From Alphaproteobacteria bacterium (GTDB lineage Bacteria; Pseudomonadota; Alphaproteobacteria; UBA2966), in assembly GCA_030740435.1 (NCBI GenBank), contig JASLXG010000048.1:7701-71700 (forward strand): DNA of 64,000 nt, read 5' to 3'. The notes beneath the pieces were generated by a model that was not told where the DNA came from, did no database searches, and saw nothing but the letters and a program-made list of their open reading frames with translations. Shown one piece after another: positions 36,143-46,984 of this stretch; position 1 is the first letter of the stretch, and each line of letters opens with the position of its first letter. A program made the translations under genes and the position numbers.

Positions 36143-37696
36143 TCAGCCCACCTGGCGGTCCTGGCCCTGCCAGTAGCGCTGGCGAATGTCGCGCTTCAGC
36201 ACCTTGCCCACCGGGCTGCGCGGCAGGGTCTCGATGAAGTCGACGCTTTTGGGCGCCTTGACGGAGCCCAGCTTCTCTTTGCAGAGCGCGATGATCTCCT
36301 CGACCGCGACGCTGGCGCCGGGCTTGAGTTCGATCACCGCCTTGACGGCTTCCCCCCATTTTTCGTCGGGCACGCCGACCACGGCGCAATCCTGTACCGC
36401 CGCGTGGCTCCAGATCACGCGTTCGATCTCGCTGGGATAGACGTTGAAGCCGCCCGAGATGATCATGTCCTTCAAACGGTCGACGATATAAATGTAGCCG
36501 TCCTCGTCCTTCTGGCCGATGTCGCCGGTGTGGTGCCAGCCGAACTTCGAGACCTTGGCGGTTTCCTCGGCGTTGCGGTAGTAGCCCAGCATCACCATGT
36601 TGCCGCGCACCACGATCTCGCCGGGCTGGCCCGGGCCCAGGATATTGCCCTCTTCGTCCATGATCTCGGTCGGCGTCAGCAGCGTCGGGCGGCCGCAACT
36701 GGCCAGCCGGCCGGCCTGGTTGCCGGCCAGCGCCTCGGTGTGTTCGGCGGGCGAGAAATAGGTGCAGATCATCGGCGCCTCGGCCTGGCCAAAGGTCTGG
36801 GTCATGATCGGCCCGAAGATCTCGATGGCCTGCTTGAGCTTGTCCACCGACATGGGCGCCGCGGCGTAAATGAAATACTTCAGCGAGGAATAGTCGAACT
36901 CGCGTACCCGGGGATGGGCCAGCATGACGTAGACCGCCGTCGGCGGCAGGAAGAGGTGGCTGACGCGGTGGCGCTCGATGGCCTGCATCACCGCCAGGGC
37001 GTCGAATTCCTTGAGGATGACGTTGCTGGCACCCAGGCCCATAAGAGTCAGCGCCATGACGCCGGCGGCATGGGTCATGGGCGCCACCACCAGGTGCACC
37101 GGCGGCTCGGGGCTGGGCATGCAGAGGTTCATGGTGGCGATCATGGTTTCCAGATTGAGGCTCGAAAGCATGACGCCCTTGGGTGCGCCGGTGGTGCCGC
37201 CCGAGCCGATGATCATGGCCAGGCGGTGCGGATCGTCGGGCCAGTCAGCCAGTTCGCCCGGCGGCTCGACGATCCAGTCGGCCAGCGCCGGCACATCGCC
37301 GTCGACCCGGTCGATGCAGACGAAGGTGGCGAGAGCGGGGCATTGCTCGCGCATCCGGGCCACGTTTTCCGCAAACGACGAATGGTAGAACAGCACCTCG
37401 GCCTCGGTGTTGTTCAAGATGTAGCAATTGTCGTCGATGGCGTTGCGGGCGTTGACCGGCACCCAAACGGCGCCGGCCCGGGCCAGGCCGATGATGCATT
37501 CGAAGGCCCGGGCGGCGTTGGGGCTGTAGACCGCCACCTTGGTGCCGTCGCCCAGGCCCAGGGCCTGAAGCGCCTGGGCGATGCCCTGGCTGAGCTCGTG
37601 GCTCTGAGCATAAGTGCGGCTCTCCTCGTCATCGACGAGAAAGGCCCGTTCGGGGGCCAGGGCGGCGCCCCGGTCGAAGAAATCGATGATACGCAT
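36143..37696 (-). CDS. acyl-CoA synthetase/fatty-acid-CoA ligase (AMP-forming)
   Basis: 517 aa. IIGSGGTTGAPKGV, GWHHTGD, DRLKD, PRSPVGKVLK. Confidence 0.85.
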   Translation of the reverse strand: MRIIDFFDRGAALAPERAFLVDDEESRTYAQSHELSQGIAQALQALGLGDGTKVAVYSPNAARAFECIIGLARAGAVWVPVNARNAIDDNCYILNNTEAEVLFYHSSFAENVARMREQCPALATFVCIDRVDGDVPALADWIVEPPGELADWPDDPHRLAMIIGSGGTTGAPKGVMLSSLNLETMIATMNLCMPSPEPPVHLVVAPMTHAAGVMALTLMGLGASNVILKEFDALAVMQAIERHRVSHLFLPPTAVYVMLAHPRVREFDYSSLKYFIYAAAPMSVDKLKQAIEIFGPIMTQTFGQAEAPMICTYFSPAEHTEALAGNQAGRLASCGRPTLLTPTEIMDEEGNILGPGQPGEIVVRGNMVMLGYYRNAEETAKVSKFGWHHTGDIGQKDEDGYIYIVDRLKDMIISGGFNVYPSEIERVIWSHAAVQDCAVVGVPDEKWGEAVKAVIELKPGASVAVEEIIALCKEKLGSVKAPKSVDFIETLPRSPVGKVLKRDIRQRYWQGQDRQVG

Positions 37697-37713
37697 GCCG
37701 GATGCTCTCGAGG

Positions 37714-38052
37714 CTAGTCGGGGTCTTGCAGCAGCTCACTCAAGTGCGCCTCTGCCCGTTCGGCGCTTTCGGCGGCCTCGCGGGCAGCCCGGCCGCTATC
37801 GGTGACCGCCTCGTGGGCATAATCGGCGGCCCGGGCGGCGCGCTCGGCGGCCTGGCCGATGTCCTCGAAGCGGCTGCGCGCTTCTTCCAGGGCCCGGCGG
37901 TTAGCGGCTCTCGCGCCCTCCAGCGCCTGGCCCGCCGCAGCCACCTTGTGTTTTGGGCAAAGGCCGGGCGGCTGGCAGCTGCAAGGCGTGGCCTCCAGAT
38001 CATCGGCCAACTCGTCGAGCAGCCGGCTCAGGGTAGCGATTTCATCCGTCAT
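37714..38052 (-). CDS. hypothetical small protein with CSCQPPGLC Cys cluster and Ala/Glu-rich helical C-terminus
   Basis: ORF sits between the dioxygenase and acyl-CoA ligase genes on the same strand. No family recognised. Confidence 0.35.
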   Translation of the reverse strand: MTDEIATLSRLLDELADDLEATPCSCQPPGLCPKHKVAAAGQALEGARAANRRALEEARSRFEDIGQAAERAARAADYAHEAVTDSGRAAREAAESAERAEAHLSELLQDPD

Positions 38053-38083
38053 GGGCCGATCTTAGCCCTCATTTTTCACTTGG

Positions 38084-38950
38084 TCACGGCCTGCGGTGAC
38101 CCCAGTCGCTGAGGCGGTCGTAGCTGCCGATCCGCCAGTCGGCGCCGATGGTGCGGCCGCCCCAGCCCAATTCGAACTGGAAGCCCGAGGGCGTGCGGCC
38201 GTAGAAAGAGGTCATGCGGTCGTTGGGGTGGCGGCCGATGCCCTGGACGATCTCGACACCCTGGTCCTGGCAGCGATCGAAGGCGCGGCCGAAGTCGTCC
38301 CAATCGGCCACTTGGAATATGATGTGGTGGGTGCGCTTGCGGCGCGCCATGCCGACCACCGAGAGCGAATGGTGGCGGGGATTGGCGTGAAAGAAGGTGA
38401 CGCTGAGGGGCCCGGCCGGCGTCGTGGCCTCGATGGTGTCCGAGAGGCCGAGGCCCAGGAGATCACGGTAGAAGGCGATCGTGGGGCCATATTGCGCCGG
38501 CGCGACGTTGATCACCACGTGCCCCAGGCCCTGGTCGCCGGTGACGAAACCGCCGGGCACCAGGGGCGAGGCGAAGCTCTGGGCCGCGTTCTCCGCGCCA
38601 TGGCCGATCTCCAGCGGATTGCCGGCGGGATCGCTAAGCGCCACGAAGCCGGCAACGCCGCGCCGCCGGGCTTGATCGGCGCCGCCGGCCCGCCACGCCA
38701 CGCCGGCCGCGGTCAGGCGCTGCTCCAGCGCCGTCAGCGCCGCTCCGTCGCTGGCCAACCAGCCGCTATAAGCGACATCGTCGGCCGCACCCGGCTCGAT
38801 GACATAGCGCCGCATCCGGGCGTCCATGCGGAAACCAAAATCATCGGCGCCCCGCGTAAGTCCCACGGTGGCAGTAAGAAAATCGCACCAAGCCTCGGGC
38901 CTGCTGGCTTCGATGCCCAGATACCCCAGTTCGACGATGCCACTTTCCAT
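38084..38950 (-). CDS. extradiol ring-cleavage dioxygenase, type I (VOC/glyoxalase fold; catechol/biphenyl-2,3-diol dioxygenase-like)
   Basis: Two tandem VOC modules (LGYLGIEASR..., LGHVVINVAP...) with conserved His/Glu positions typical of 2,3-dioxygenases. Confidence 0.75.
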   Translation of the reverse strand: MESGIVELGYLGIEASRPEAWCDFLTATVGLTRGADDFGFRMDARMRRYVIEPGAADDVAYSGWLASDGAALTALEQRLTAAGVAWRAGGADQARRRGVAGFVALSDPAGNPLEIGHGAENAAQSFASPLVPGGFVTGDQGLGHVVINVAPAQYGPTIAFYRDLLGLGLSDTIEATTPAGPLSVTFFHANPRHHSLSVVGMARRKRTHHIIFQVADWDDFGRAFDRCQDQGVEIVQGIGRHPNDRMTSFYGRTPSGFQFELGWGGRTIGADWRIGSYDRLSDWGHRRP

Positions 38951-39307
38951 GAGAAAACCCCAAGAGCTGCCGTATTGGCCTCAAACTTAGGAGTTACGGC
39001 ACCGAAAGCAAGTTGCCGGCGCCCCTCGTCAGGCTGGAACAGAGATTGATATCCTGGCTCTATATCTTTGATATTTCACAATATTTCAGGGTCGAATTCA
39101 TTTTTCCGAGTTCGACCGCGATCACGGCGCCAAGTTCTGAAGCGAATACCTTAGTAAGAACAAACTGCGAACACAATTCTGCCACAATTCAAGCCTAGAC
39201 AAAATCGAGGCAGCATTTGAGACCCCCGGGAGGGCTCTTGGCGATATCTGGAGCGTTTAACAATGACGGCTAACTAGTTCTTGAACCATACATTTTTGAC
39301 TTGGTTT

Positions 39308-39352
39308 CCCATTGACTCCCATGTTTTCCCATGATACCCCATACCGTCCCAT
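39308..39352. promoter_or_regulatory. five direct CCCAT repeats at exact 10-bp periodicity upstream of mraZ (putative MraZ operator; ATGGG on the opposite strand)
   Basis: tttCCCATtgactCCCATgtttttCCCATgatacCCCATaccgtCCCATgaag. Repeats at 39308, 39318, 39328, 39338, 39348; about 95 bp upstream of the mraZ start. Confidence 0.5.
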
Positions 39353-39445
39353 GAAGAGGCCTGAGGCGCAATCGGCAAGGGAAAGCGCGCATTTCAGGCG
39401 GTCGGGTGATGGGACCGAGGCTTGGCTTCGGAAAGGGGCTGGGGG

Positions 39446-39913
39446 ATGGCATTGTTCTCATCCACCTTTGTTAACAAGGTCGACAAAAAGGGGCGCGTTT
39501 CCGTGCCGGCCCCCTTTCGCGCCGAGCTTGTCGGCCAGACCTTTCACGGCATCGTCGCCTACCCCTCGCTTAGCGAACCCGCCATCGACGCCAGCGGCAT
39601 CGACCGCATGGCCATGCTTTCGAACCGGCTCGATGCCGAGGATCCCTTCGCCGCGGAGTACGACCCGCGGGCCGACGCCATCTTCGGCGATTCGGTGCAG
39701 CTCTCTTTCGATCCCGAAGGCCGCGTGATGCTGCCCGAGATCCTGCGCCAGCACGCCGCCATCGGCGACCAGGCGGCCTTCGTTGGCCGCGGCCCCACCT
39801 TCCAGATCTGGGAGCCCGAGGCCATGCGCCGAAGCCGGGCCGAGATCCGCCAGCGCGCCCGCGAGACCATCACCGCGGCGCGGCGCCAAACCGACGACCG
39901 GAACCAAGGGTAG
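39446..39913 (+). CDS. mraZ: division/cell wall cluster transcriptional regulator MraZ
   Basis: Two MraZ/SpoVT-AbrB repeats ([18 protein letters not shown]; [14 protein letters not shown]). Start taken at MALFSS; the track ATG at 39422 is an alternative. Confidence 0.85.
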   Translation: MALFSSTFVNKVDKKGRVSVPAPFRAELVGQTFHGIVAYPSLSEPAIDASGIDRMAMLSNRLDAEDPFAAEYDPRADAIFGDSVQLSFDPEGRVMLPEILRQHAAIGDQAAFVGRGPTFQIWEPEAMRRSRAEIRQRARETITAARRQTDDRNQG

Positions 39914-39933
39914 AGGGGACTAGAGAACCAAGC

Positions 39934-40947
39934 ATGCGCGACGGAGACAACATGGGGCAAGGCGGCCACGTACCGGTCATGCTGGCCGAAGTACTGGGCG
40001 CCCTGTCACCGGCGGCCGGCGAGATCATGGTCGACGGCACTTTCGGTGCCGGCGGCTACGCCCGGGGGTTGCTCGACGCCGCCGATTGCACCCTCTTCGC
40101 CATCGACCGCGACGCCCAAGCAGTGGCCCGGGGCGAGGCCCTGGCCGAGCGTTTTGGCGGCCGCCTGAAAATGCTGGAGGGCCGATTCTCGGAAATGCCC
40201 GACCTGCTGGCCGGCGCCGGCATAGCGGCCGTCGACGGCATCGCGCTTGATCTTGGCCTCTCGTCACTGCAACTCGACAGTGCCGCCCGCGGCTTCTCGT
40301 TCCGCCACGATGGCCCGCTCGACATGCGCATGGGCGGCCCAGGACCCAGCGCCGCCGAGTTGGTCAACCAGGCCGACGAGCCGACCCTAGCCGACGTCAT
40401 CCGCCGCTTCGGCGAGGAACGCCACAGCCGCCGCATCGCAGGCGCCATCGTGGCGGCCCGCCAAGGCGCCGCCATCCAAGGCACCGCCGAGTTGGCCGAG
40501 ATCGTCGTCGCCGCCATACCGGCCGGCAGCCGACGTGGTCCCCGGGGTCCCCGTGGCCAGCCCAAAATCCATCCCGCCACCCGCACCTTCCAGGCGCTGC
40601 GCATCTGGGTCAACGACGAGATCGCCGAGCTGCGCCGCGGCCTGGCCGCCGCCGAGATCCTGCTCAGGCCCCGGGGCCGGCTGGCCGTGGTCTCCTTCCA
40701 TTCCCTCGAGGACCGCGAGGTCAAGCGCTTTTTGGCTCAGCGTAGCGGCCGTGGCGCCGGCCAGCATCGTCACGCCCCGGCCAGCGAAACGCCGGAGCCC
40801 AGCTTCGAGCTCATCCGCCGCCGTGTCGGCCGCCCCGGCGCGGCCGAGCTGGCAGCCAACCCGCGGGCCCGCTCGGCCCGCCTGCGGGCGGCCCGGCGCA
40901 CCGCCGCCCCGGCCTGGCAGGCCCCGGCGGGGCAGGAGGGCCCATGA
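39934..40947 (+). CDS. rsmH: 16S rRNA (cytosine1402-N4)-methyltransferase
   Basis: [10 protein letters not shown]...DGTFGAGGY...[10 protein letters not shown]...SFHSLEDR motifs of RsmH/MraW. Position right after mraZ. Confidence 0.9.
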   Translation: MRDGDNMGQGGHVPVMLAEVLGALSPAAGEIMVDGTFGAGGYARGLLDAADCTLFAIDRDAQAVARGEALAERFGGRLKMLEGRFSEMPDLLAGAGIAAVDGIALDLGLSSLQLDSAARGFSFRHDGPLDMRMGGPGPSAAELVNQADEPTLADVIRRFGEERHSRRIAGAIVAARQGAAIQGTAELAEIVVAAIPAGSRRGPRGPRGQPKIHPATRTFQALRIWVNDEIAELRRGLAAAEILLRPRGRLAVVSFHSLEDREVKRFLAQRSGRGAGQHRHAPASETPEPSFELIRRRVGRPGAAELAANPRARSARLRAARRTAAPAWQAPAGQEGP

Positions 40948-41309
40948 GGCGCCCGCTGACCATCGCCGCGGTGCTGCTGGCCGCCCTCATGGCCTACGGC
41001 CTCTACAACATGAAGTACGAGGTCAAGGGGCTGGAGGGCCGGCTGACAGGGCTCAACCGCCAGCTTCTGGAGCAAGACGAGGCCATCCAGGTGCTGCGCG
41101 CCGAGTGGAGCTACCTCAACCGGCCGGCCCGGCTGCAACGCCTGGCGCAGCGCCACCTGGAACTGGCGCCGGTTTCGGTACACGGCATCGAGGCCCTGGC
41201 GACGGTGCCACTGAAGGTCAGCAGCCGGCCCGTGGCAAACCTCAAGACCCTGCTGCCGGGCAGCAAGCCGGTCCGCCCGGGCACCAGCAAAAGGAAGCAA
41301 AGCCGATGA
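40944..41309 (+). CDS. ftsL: cell division protein FtsL (alphaproteobacterial type)
   Basis: 121 aa with one N-terminal TM segment and a coiled-coil. ATGA overlaps at both ends with rsmH and ftsI. Canonical position. Confidence 0.7.
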   Translation: MRRPLTIAAVLLAALMAYGLYNMKYEVKGLEGRLTGLNRQLLEQDEAIQVLRAEWSYLNRPARLQRLAQRHLELAPVSVHGIEALATVPLKVSSRPVANLKTLLPGSKPVRPGTSKRKQSR

Positions 41310-42991
41310 CGCCAGCCCGGCCAGCCCGTCCCGAGACCAACCCGGCGCTGGAAACCGGCCGCAACCGGCTGGTCCTGGTGGCAACGCTGTTTGCCCTGGC
41401 CTTTGCCGTGATTGCCGGACGCTTGGTCGATTTGACGGTGCTGCGGGGCAGTGGCGGCGAGCCGGCGCTGGGTCGCGACCTGGCGGCCGTGGTGGCGCCG
41501 GTACGGCGCGACATCATCGACCGCCGCGGCGTGCTGCTGGCCACCAACGTGGCCACCGCCTCGCTCTATGCCCGGCCGGCCAAGGTACGCGATGCCGGTG
41601 AGGCGGCCCGGCGCCTGGCCGAGGTACTGCCCGAGCTCGATGCCCGGATCCTGGCAGCCAAGCTGGCGGCACGGCGGAGCTTTGTCTGGATCAAGCGCCA
41701 CCTGACGCCGCGCCAGCAATACCAGGTCAACGCCCTGGGCCTGCCGGGTCTGGGATTCCAGCGCGAGAGCCGGCGCATCTATCCGCACGGCAATCTGTTC
41801 GCCCACACACTGGGCTATACCGGCATCGACAACCACGGCCTGGCCGGCCTGGAAAAGCATTTCGACAGCGATCTCGCGGCCGGCAGCAACACGGCCGGCC
41901 AAGCGCTCAGGCTCGGCCTCGATACCCGCGTCCAGCACGTGCTGCACGGCGAGCTCAGCCGCGCCGTCGAGGAGTTTCGCGCCCGCGGCGCCAGCGGCCT
42001 GGTGCTCGACGTCGACAGCGCCGAAGTGGTGGCCCTGGTGTCGCTGCCCGACTTCGATCCCAACCGCCTGGCCACCGCCTCGTCCGAGGCTCGCTTCAAC
42101 CGAGCCACGCTGGGGGTCTACGAGATGGGCTCGACCTTCAAGACGCTGACCATGGCCATGGCGCTGGAGGCCGGCGTCGGGCTGAAGCGGAGCTTCGATG
42201 CCCGCCAGCCCATTCGGGTGGCCCGCTTCACCATCCGTGACGACCACGCCAAGGCACGCTGGCTGACGCTGCCCGAGATCTTCATCTATTCCTCCAACAT
42301 CGGCGCCGCCAAGATAGCCTTGGACATCGGCGCCAAGCATCAGCGCCAGTTCCTCGGCGATCTCGGCCTGCTGCGCCGGGCCGCCATCGAACTGCCCGAG
42401 GTGGGCAAGCCGCTGATGCCCCGGCCCTGGCGCGAGATCAACACCATGACGGTGGCCTTCGGCCACGGTGTCGCCGTGAGCCCGCTGCAACTGGCCAATG
42501 CCGTGGCGGCGCTGCTCAACGGCGGCCTGATGCGCAATCCGACGTTGCTGGCCCGCGAGGGCACCGTGCCCGGCCGCCGGGTGGTCTCGCAACGCACCTC
42601 GGATGTCATGCGCTGGCTGATGCGCCTGAATGTCGAACAGGGCACCGGCAAGAAGGCCCGGGCGCCGGGCTATTTGGTCGGCGGCAAGACCGGGACGGCG
42701 GAAAAGGTAGGCACCGGAGGCTATCGCCAACGCGCCCTGCTGTCGTCGTTCGTTGGCGCCTTCCCCATGAAGCAGCCGCGCTACGTCGTGCTGGCGGTGC
42801 TGGACGAGCCCCAGGGCCGGCCAGAGACCTTCGGCTATGCCACCGGCGGCTGGACGGCGGCGCCGGTGGTGGGCCGGGTGATCGCCCGGGCCGGACCGTT
42901 GCTGGGCGTCGGCAAGACGGCCGACCAGACGCCGGCCAGCGCTTTTTATGTTTCCTTCAAACAGGCAACGGGGCGCCGTGCGACTTTCTGA
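41306..42991 (+). CDS. ftsI: peptidoglycan D,D-transpeptidase FtsI (PBP3)
   Basis: 561 aa. TM anchor, dimerisation domain, transpeptidase motifs STFK, SSN, KTGT. Confidence 0.9.
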   Translation: MTPARPARPETNPALETGRNRLVLVATLFALAFAVIAGRLVDLTVLRGSGGEPALGRDLAAVVAPVRRDIIDRRGVLLATNVATASLYARPAKVRDAGEAARRLAEVLPELDARILAAKLAARRSFVWIKRHLTPRQQYQVNALGLPGLGFQRESRRIYPHGNLFAHTLGYTGIDNHGLAGLEKHFDSDLAAGSNTAGQALRLGLDTRVQHVLHGELSRAVEEFRARGASGLVLDVDSAEVVALVSLPDFDPNRLATASSEARFNRATLGVYEMGSTFKTLTMAMALEAGVGLKRSFDARQPIRVARFTIRDDHAKARWLTLPEIFIYSSNIGAAKIALDIGAKHQRQFLGDLGLLRRAAIELPEVGKPLMPRPWREINTMTVAFGHGVAVSPLQLANAVAALLNGGLMRNPTLLAREGTVPGRRVVSQRTSDVMRWLMRLNVEQGTGKKARAPGYLVGGKTGTAEKVGTGGYRQRALLSSFVGAFPMKQPRYVVLAVLDEPQGRPETFGYATGGWTAAPVVGRVIARAGPLLGVGKTADQTPASAFYVSFKQATGRRATF

Positions 42992-44444
42992 CCTCATAGA
43001 TGACGCCCCCGGGAACGTCCACGGCGGCGATTTTTCGTTTGAAGTCAAAGGCTTGACGGCAGACAGCCGACAGGTGCGCCCGGGCTTTCTGTTTGCCGCC
43101 CTGCCCGGCAGCGAGCACGACGGCCGCGACTTCATCGCCCAGGCCCTGGATGACGGCGCCGTCGCCGTGCTGGCGCCGCCCGGCACCCAGCTTGACGAAC
43201 GCCGCGCCGTTCTCATCATCGATGCCAACCCGCGGCGCCGCCTGGCCCGCCTGGCGGCGCGCTTCTTTGGCCGCCAGCCGGCGCACATCGCCGCCGTCAC
43301 CGGCACCAACGGCAAAACCTCGGTGGCGCGCTTTACGGAACAGCTTTGGGCCAGCCTTGGCCACCAGGGTGCCAGCCTGGGCACGCTCGGTCTCTCTGGT
43401 GCCAGCCTCGACGAGGCCGCCGCCCTGACCACGCCCGACCCGGTGGCGCTGCACCGCAGCCTGGCCGGGCTGGCCGACCAAGGCGTCAGCCACCTGGTCA
43501 TGGAGGCCTCGAGCCACGGCCTCGATCAATTCCGCCTCGATGGCGTCGACCTGGCCGCCGCCGCCTTTACCAACCTGAGCCAGGACCATCTCGACTATCA
43601 CCGCGACGAGGCCAGCTATTTGGCCGCCAAGCAGCGCCTGTTCGACGAACTGTTGGCAGCCGATGGCACGGCGGTGCTGAATGCCGACGTGCCCCAATTC
43701 GAGGCGCTCCGCGCTATCTGCCGTGAGCGCGACCAGCGCCTCATGAGCTACGGCCGGCGGGGCAGCGAGCTGCGGCTGGTGGCCGAGCGCCAAGATGGCG
43801 AAGGACAAAAGCTCGACCTCGAGATCGAGGGCCGGCGCTTCGAGGTTCGCCTGCCCCTGGTCGGCGGCTTCCAGGCCGACAACGCGCTCTGCGCCCTGGG
43901 TCTGGTGCTGGCGTTGGGAGCGCCGGCCGATGCCGCCGTGGCGGCGCTGGAGCATCTGCGGGGGGTACCCGGGCGGCTCGAGAAAGTCGCCGTGCATACT
44001 TCGGGAGCGCCGGTTTACGTCGATTATGCCCACACCCCGGATGCCCTGGCCCACGCCCTCACGGCCCTGGCGCCGCAGGCCGCCAACCGCCTGGTCGTGG
44101 TATTCGGCTGCGGCGGCGACCGCGACCGCGCCAAGCGACCGCTGATGGGCAACATCGCCTGCCGCCTGGCCGACCGCATCATCGTCACCGACGACAACCC
44201 GCGCGGCGAGGAGCCGGGCGCCATCCGCCGGGCCGTCCTGGAGGGCTGCGACCGCGGCGTCGAGGTGAACGACCGCGGCGTGGCCATCCGGGCGGCGGTC
44301 GGCGGCCTCGACCGGGGAGACGTGCTGGTGATCGCCGGTAAGGGCCACGAGCAGGGTCAGCTGGTGGGCCACGAGATCAGGCCCTTCGACGACGCCCAGG
44401 AGGCGCGCCGCGCCGTTCGGGCCAGCGCCGAGGTGCAACCATGA
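42948..44444 (+). CDS. murE: UDP-N-acetylmuramoyl-L-alanyl-D-glutamate--2,6-diaminopimelate ligase
   Basis: Mur ligase with GTNGKTS P-loop and the DNPR motif expected in a meso-DAP-adding MurE. The true start may be the GTG at 42978 (VRLSDLIDD). Confidence 0.9.
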   Translation: MFPSNRQRGAVRLSDLIDDAPGNVHGGDFSFEVKGLTADSRQVRPGFLFAALPGSEHDGRDFIAQALDDGAVAVLAPPGTQLDERRAVLIIDANPRRRLARLAARFFGRQPAHIAAVTGTNGKTSVARFTEQLWASLGHQGASLGTLGLSGASLDEAAALTTPDPVALHRSLAGLADQGVSHLVMEASSHGLDQFRLDGVDLAAAAFTNLSQDHLDYHRDEASYLAAKQRLFDELLAADGTAVLNADVPQFEALRAICRERDQRLMSYGRRGSELRLVAERQDGEGQKLDLEIEGRRFEVRLPLVGGFQADNALCALGLVLALGAPADAAVAALEHLRGVPGRLEKVAVHTSGAPVYVDYAHTPDALAHALTALAPQAANRLVVVFGCGGDRDRAKRPLMGNIACRLADRIIVTDDNPRGEEPGAIRRAVLEGCDRGVEVNDRGVAIRAAVGGLDRGDVLVIAGKGHEQGQLVGHEIRPFDDAQEARRAVRASAEVQP

Positions 44445-45871
44445 CCCCGGAAGTGCTGTGGACGACCCGCGAGGCCCGCGAGGCCACCGGCGGCCGGGCG
44501 CTGGGCGACTGGGTCGCCACCGGCGTCTCCATCGACAGCCGCAGCATCGAGGCGGGCGAACTTTTCGTGGCCCTCGAAGGCCCCCACAACAACGGCCACG
44601 ACCATGTGGCCGAGGCTTTGGCCAAAGGCGCCGCGGCGGCCCTGGTGCGGCGCATTCCAGAGGGACTGAGCCGCGCCGCGCCGCTGCTGCAGGTGGCCGA
44701 CACCCAAGCCGCACTTGAGGCTCTGGGCAGCCACGCCCGGGGCCGGGTCGGCGCCCGCATCGCCGCCATCACCGGCAGTGTCGGCAAGACCGGCACCAAA
44801 CAGGCCCTGGACCGGGCACTCGGCCGCTCGGGCGCCTGCCACGCCAGCCTGGCCAGCTACAACAACCTCTGGGGCGTGCCGCTGAGCCTGGCCCGCATGC
44901 CGCGCCACAGTGTCTACGGCGTCTTCGAGATCGGCATGAACCACGCCGGCGAGATCGTGCCGCTGGCCCGCCAGGTGCGGCCGCAGGTGGCCATCGTCAC
45001 GGCGGTGACGGCGGCGCACCTCGAGTTCTTCGCATCAATGGCCGAGATCGCCGAGGCCAAGGCGGAAGTCTTCCAGGGCCTGGAGCCCGGCGGCAGCGCC
45101 ATCATCAACCGCGACTGCGAGTACTTCGAGCTGCTGGCCGGGCGCGCCCGCGAGCACGGCGCCCGGGTGCTTTCCTTCGGCCAAAACGACGACGCCGACG
45201 TGCGCCTCGAACGCCTGGCACTGCATGCCACATGCAGCTGCGCCAGCGCCGACATCGCCGGCCAGCCCATCACCTACAAGATCGGCCTGCCCGGCCGGCA
45301 CTGGGCGCTGAACAGCCTGGCGGTGCTGGCGGCGGTCAAGGAGATGGGCGCGGATCTCGGCCTGGCGGCACTGGCGCTGGCCGAGCTGGAGGCGCCGGCC
45401 GGACGCGGGCGCCTGCACCGGGTGGAACTGGACGAGGGCCACTTCAGCCTGATCGACGACAGCTACAACGCCAACCCGGCTTCGGTGGAGGCTGGTCTGG
45501 CGGTACTGGGCGGGGCCCAGGTCGAGGCCGGCGGCCGCCGCCTGGCGGTGCTTGGCGACATGCGCGAGTTGGGAGACGGAGCCATCGACCTGCACGCCGG
45601 CCTGGCCGCGACGGTCGAGCAAAACGCCATCGATCTGGTGTTCACATGCGGCCCCCTGATGACCCACCTGGCGGCCTCGCTGCCGGCCAGTCGGCTGGGC
45701 AGCCACGCCGACAGCGCCGAAGAAATCCTGCCCCAGGTGCTGGCCGCCTTGCGGCCCGGCGACGTGGTGCTGGTCAAGGGCTCGCTGGCCAGCCGCATGG
45801 GGCTCGTGGCCGAAGCGCTGCTGGCACCTCGGCCCCGGAGTCGTGCAGCGCGCCAGGCAGTCAACGGATAG
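44441..45871 (+). CDS. murF: UDP-N-acetylmuramoyl-tripeptide--D-alanyl-D-alanine ligase
   Basis: Mur ligase with [12 protein letters not shown]-loop. ATGA overlap with murE. Confidence 0.9.
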   Translation: MTPEVLWTTREAREATGGRALGDWVATGVSIDSRSIEAGELFVALEGPHNNGHDHVAEALAKGAAAALVRRIPEGLSRAAPLLQVADTQAALEALGSHARGRVGARIAAITGSVGKTGTKQALDRALGRSGACHASLASYNNLWGVPLSLARMPRHSVYGVFEIGMNHAGEIVPLARQVRPQVAIVTAVTAAHLEFFASMAEIAEAKAEVFQGLEPGGSAIINRDCEYFELLAGRAREHGARVLSFGQNDDADVRLERLALHATCSCASADIAGQPITYKIGLPGRHWALNSLAVLAAVKEMGADLGLAALALAELEAPAGRGRLHRVELDEGHFSLIDDSYNANPASVEAGLAVLGGAQVEAGGRRLAVLGDMRELGDGAIDLHAGLAATVEQNAIDLVFTCGPLMTHLAASLPASRLGSHADSAEEILPQVLAALRPGDVVLVKGSLASRMGLVAEALLAPRPRSRAARQAVNG

Positions 45872-45891
45872 CGCTGGGAGGGGCGACACAC

Positions 45892-46977
45892 ATGCTTTTC
45901 CTGCTCTCCCAGTTCGCCGATCAGTTCGGGCCCTTCAATCTGTTTCGCTATCTCACCTTCCGCACCGGAGGTGCCGTGCTGACGGCGCTGTTGGTGGCCT
46001 TCATCGTCGGTCCGGTGCTGATCCGCTGGCTCAAATCAAAACAGACCAACGGCCAGCCCATCCGCGACGACGGGCCGGTCAACCACATCGTGGGCAAACA
46101 GGGCACGCCGACCATGGGTGGCTTCCTCATCCTGCTGGGGCTCTCGATCGGCACGCTGCTGTGGGCCGATCTGAGCAACGATTACGTCTGGGCGACGTTA
46201 TTGGTGACCATCGGCTTCGGCATGATCGGCTTCGCCGACGACTATTTGAAGGTGACCCGCCAAGATCACCGCGGCCTGCCGGGACGCCTCAAGCTGCTGC
46301 TGGAAATCCTGGTGGCGGCAGTCGCGGCCTGGTGGATGGTCGAAATTACCGGAGGTGCCGGGGCCACCGGCCTGGCGCTGCCTTTCTTCAAGGATGTGCT
46401 CATAGACCTGGGTATCTTCTTCATACCCTTTGCCGTGCTGGTCATGGTCGGCGCCTCGAATTCGGTCAACCTGACCGACGGCCTGGACGGCCTGGCCATC
46501 ATGCCGGTGATCATCGCCGCCGGCGCCTTCGCCATGATCTCCTACGTCGTCGGCAACGTCGTGTTCTCGCAATACCTGCAGCTTCACGCCGTCCCCGGGG
46601 CCGGCGAACTGGCGGTCTTTTGCGGCGCTCTGGTGGGGGCGGGACTGGGCTTTCTGTGGTTCAACGCGCCGCCCGCCATGGTCTTCATGGGCGATACCGG
46701 CAGCCTGGCCGTGGGCGGCGCGCTGGGCGCCACGGCCGTGGTTACCAAGCACGAGTTGGTGCTGGCCATCGTGGGCGGGCTTTTCGTGCTCGAGACGGTG
46801 TCGGTGATCGTGCAGGTGGTGTCGTTCAAGACCACCGGGCGTCGGGTCTTCCGGATGGCGCCGCTGCATCACCACTTCGAGGAAAAAGGCTGGCCCGAAT
46901 CGACCATCGTCATCCGCTTTTGGATCATCGCCGTGGTGCTGGCGCTGATCGGCCTGGCCACCCTGAAGTTGCGTTGA
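45892..46977 (+). CDS. mraY: phospho-N-acetylmuramoyl-pentapeptide transferase
   Basis: 361 aa polytopic. Conserved MraY motifs ([28 protein letters not shown]). Confidence 0.9.
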   Translation: MLFLLSQFADQFGPFNLFRYLTFRTGGAVLTALLVAFIVGPVLIRWLKSKQTNGQPIRDDGPVNHIVGKQGTPTMGGFLILLGLSIGTLLWADLSNDYVWATLLVTIGFGMIGFADDYLKVTRQDHRGLPGRLKLLLEILVAAVAAWWMVEITGGAGATGLALPFFKDVLIDLGIFFIPFAVLVMVGASNSVNLTDGLDGLAIMPVIIAAGAFAMISYVVGNVVFSQYLQLHAVPGAGELAVFCGALVGAGLGFLWFNAPPAMVFMGDTGSLAVGGALGATAVVTKHELVLAIVGGLFVLETVSVIVQVVSFKTTGRRVFRMAPLHHHFEEKGWPESTIVIRFWIIAVVLALIGLATLKLR

Positions 46978-46984
46978 GGCGGGC

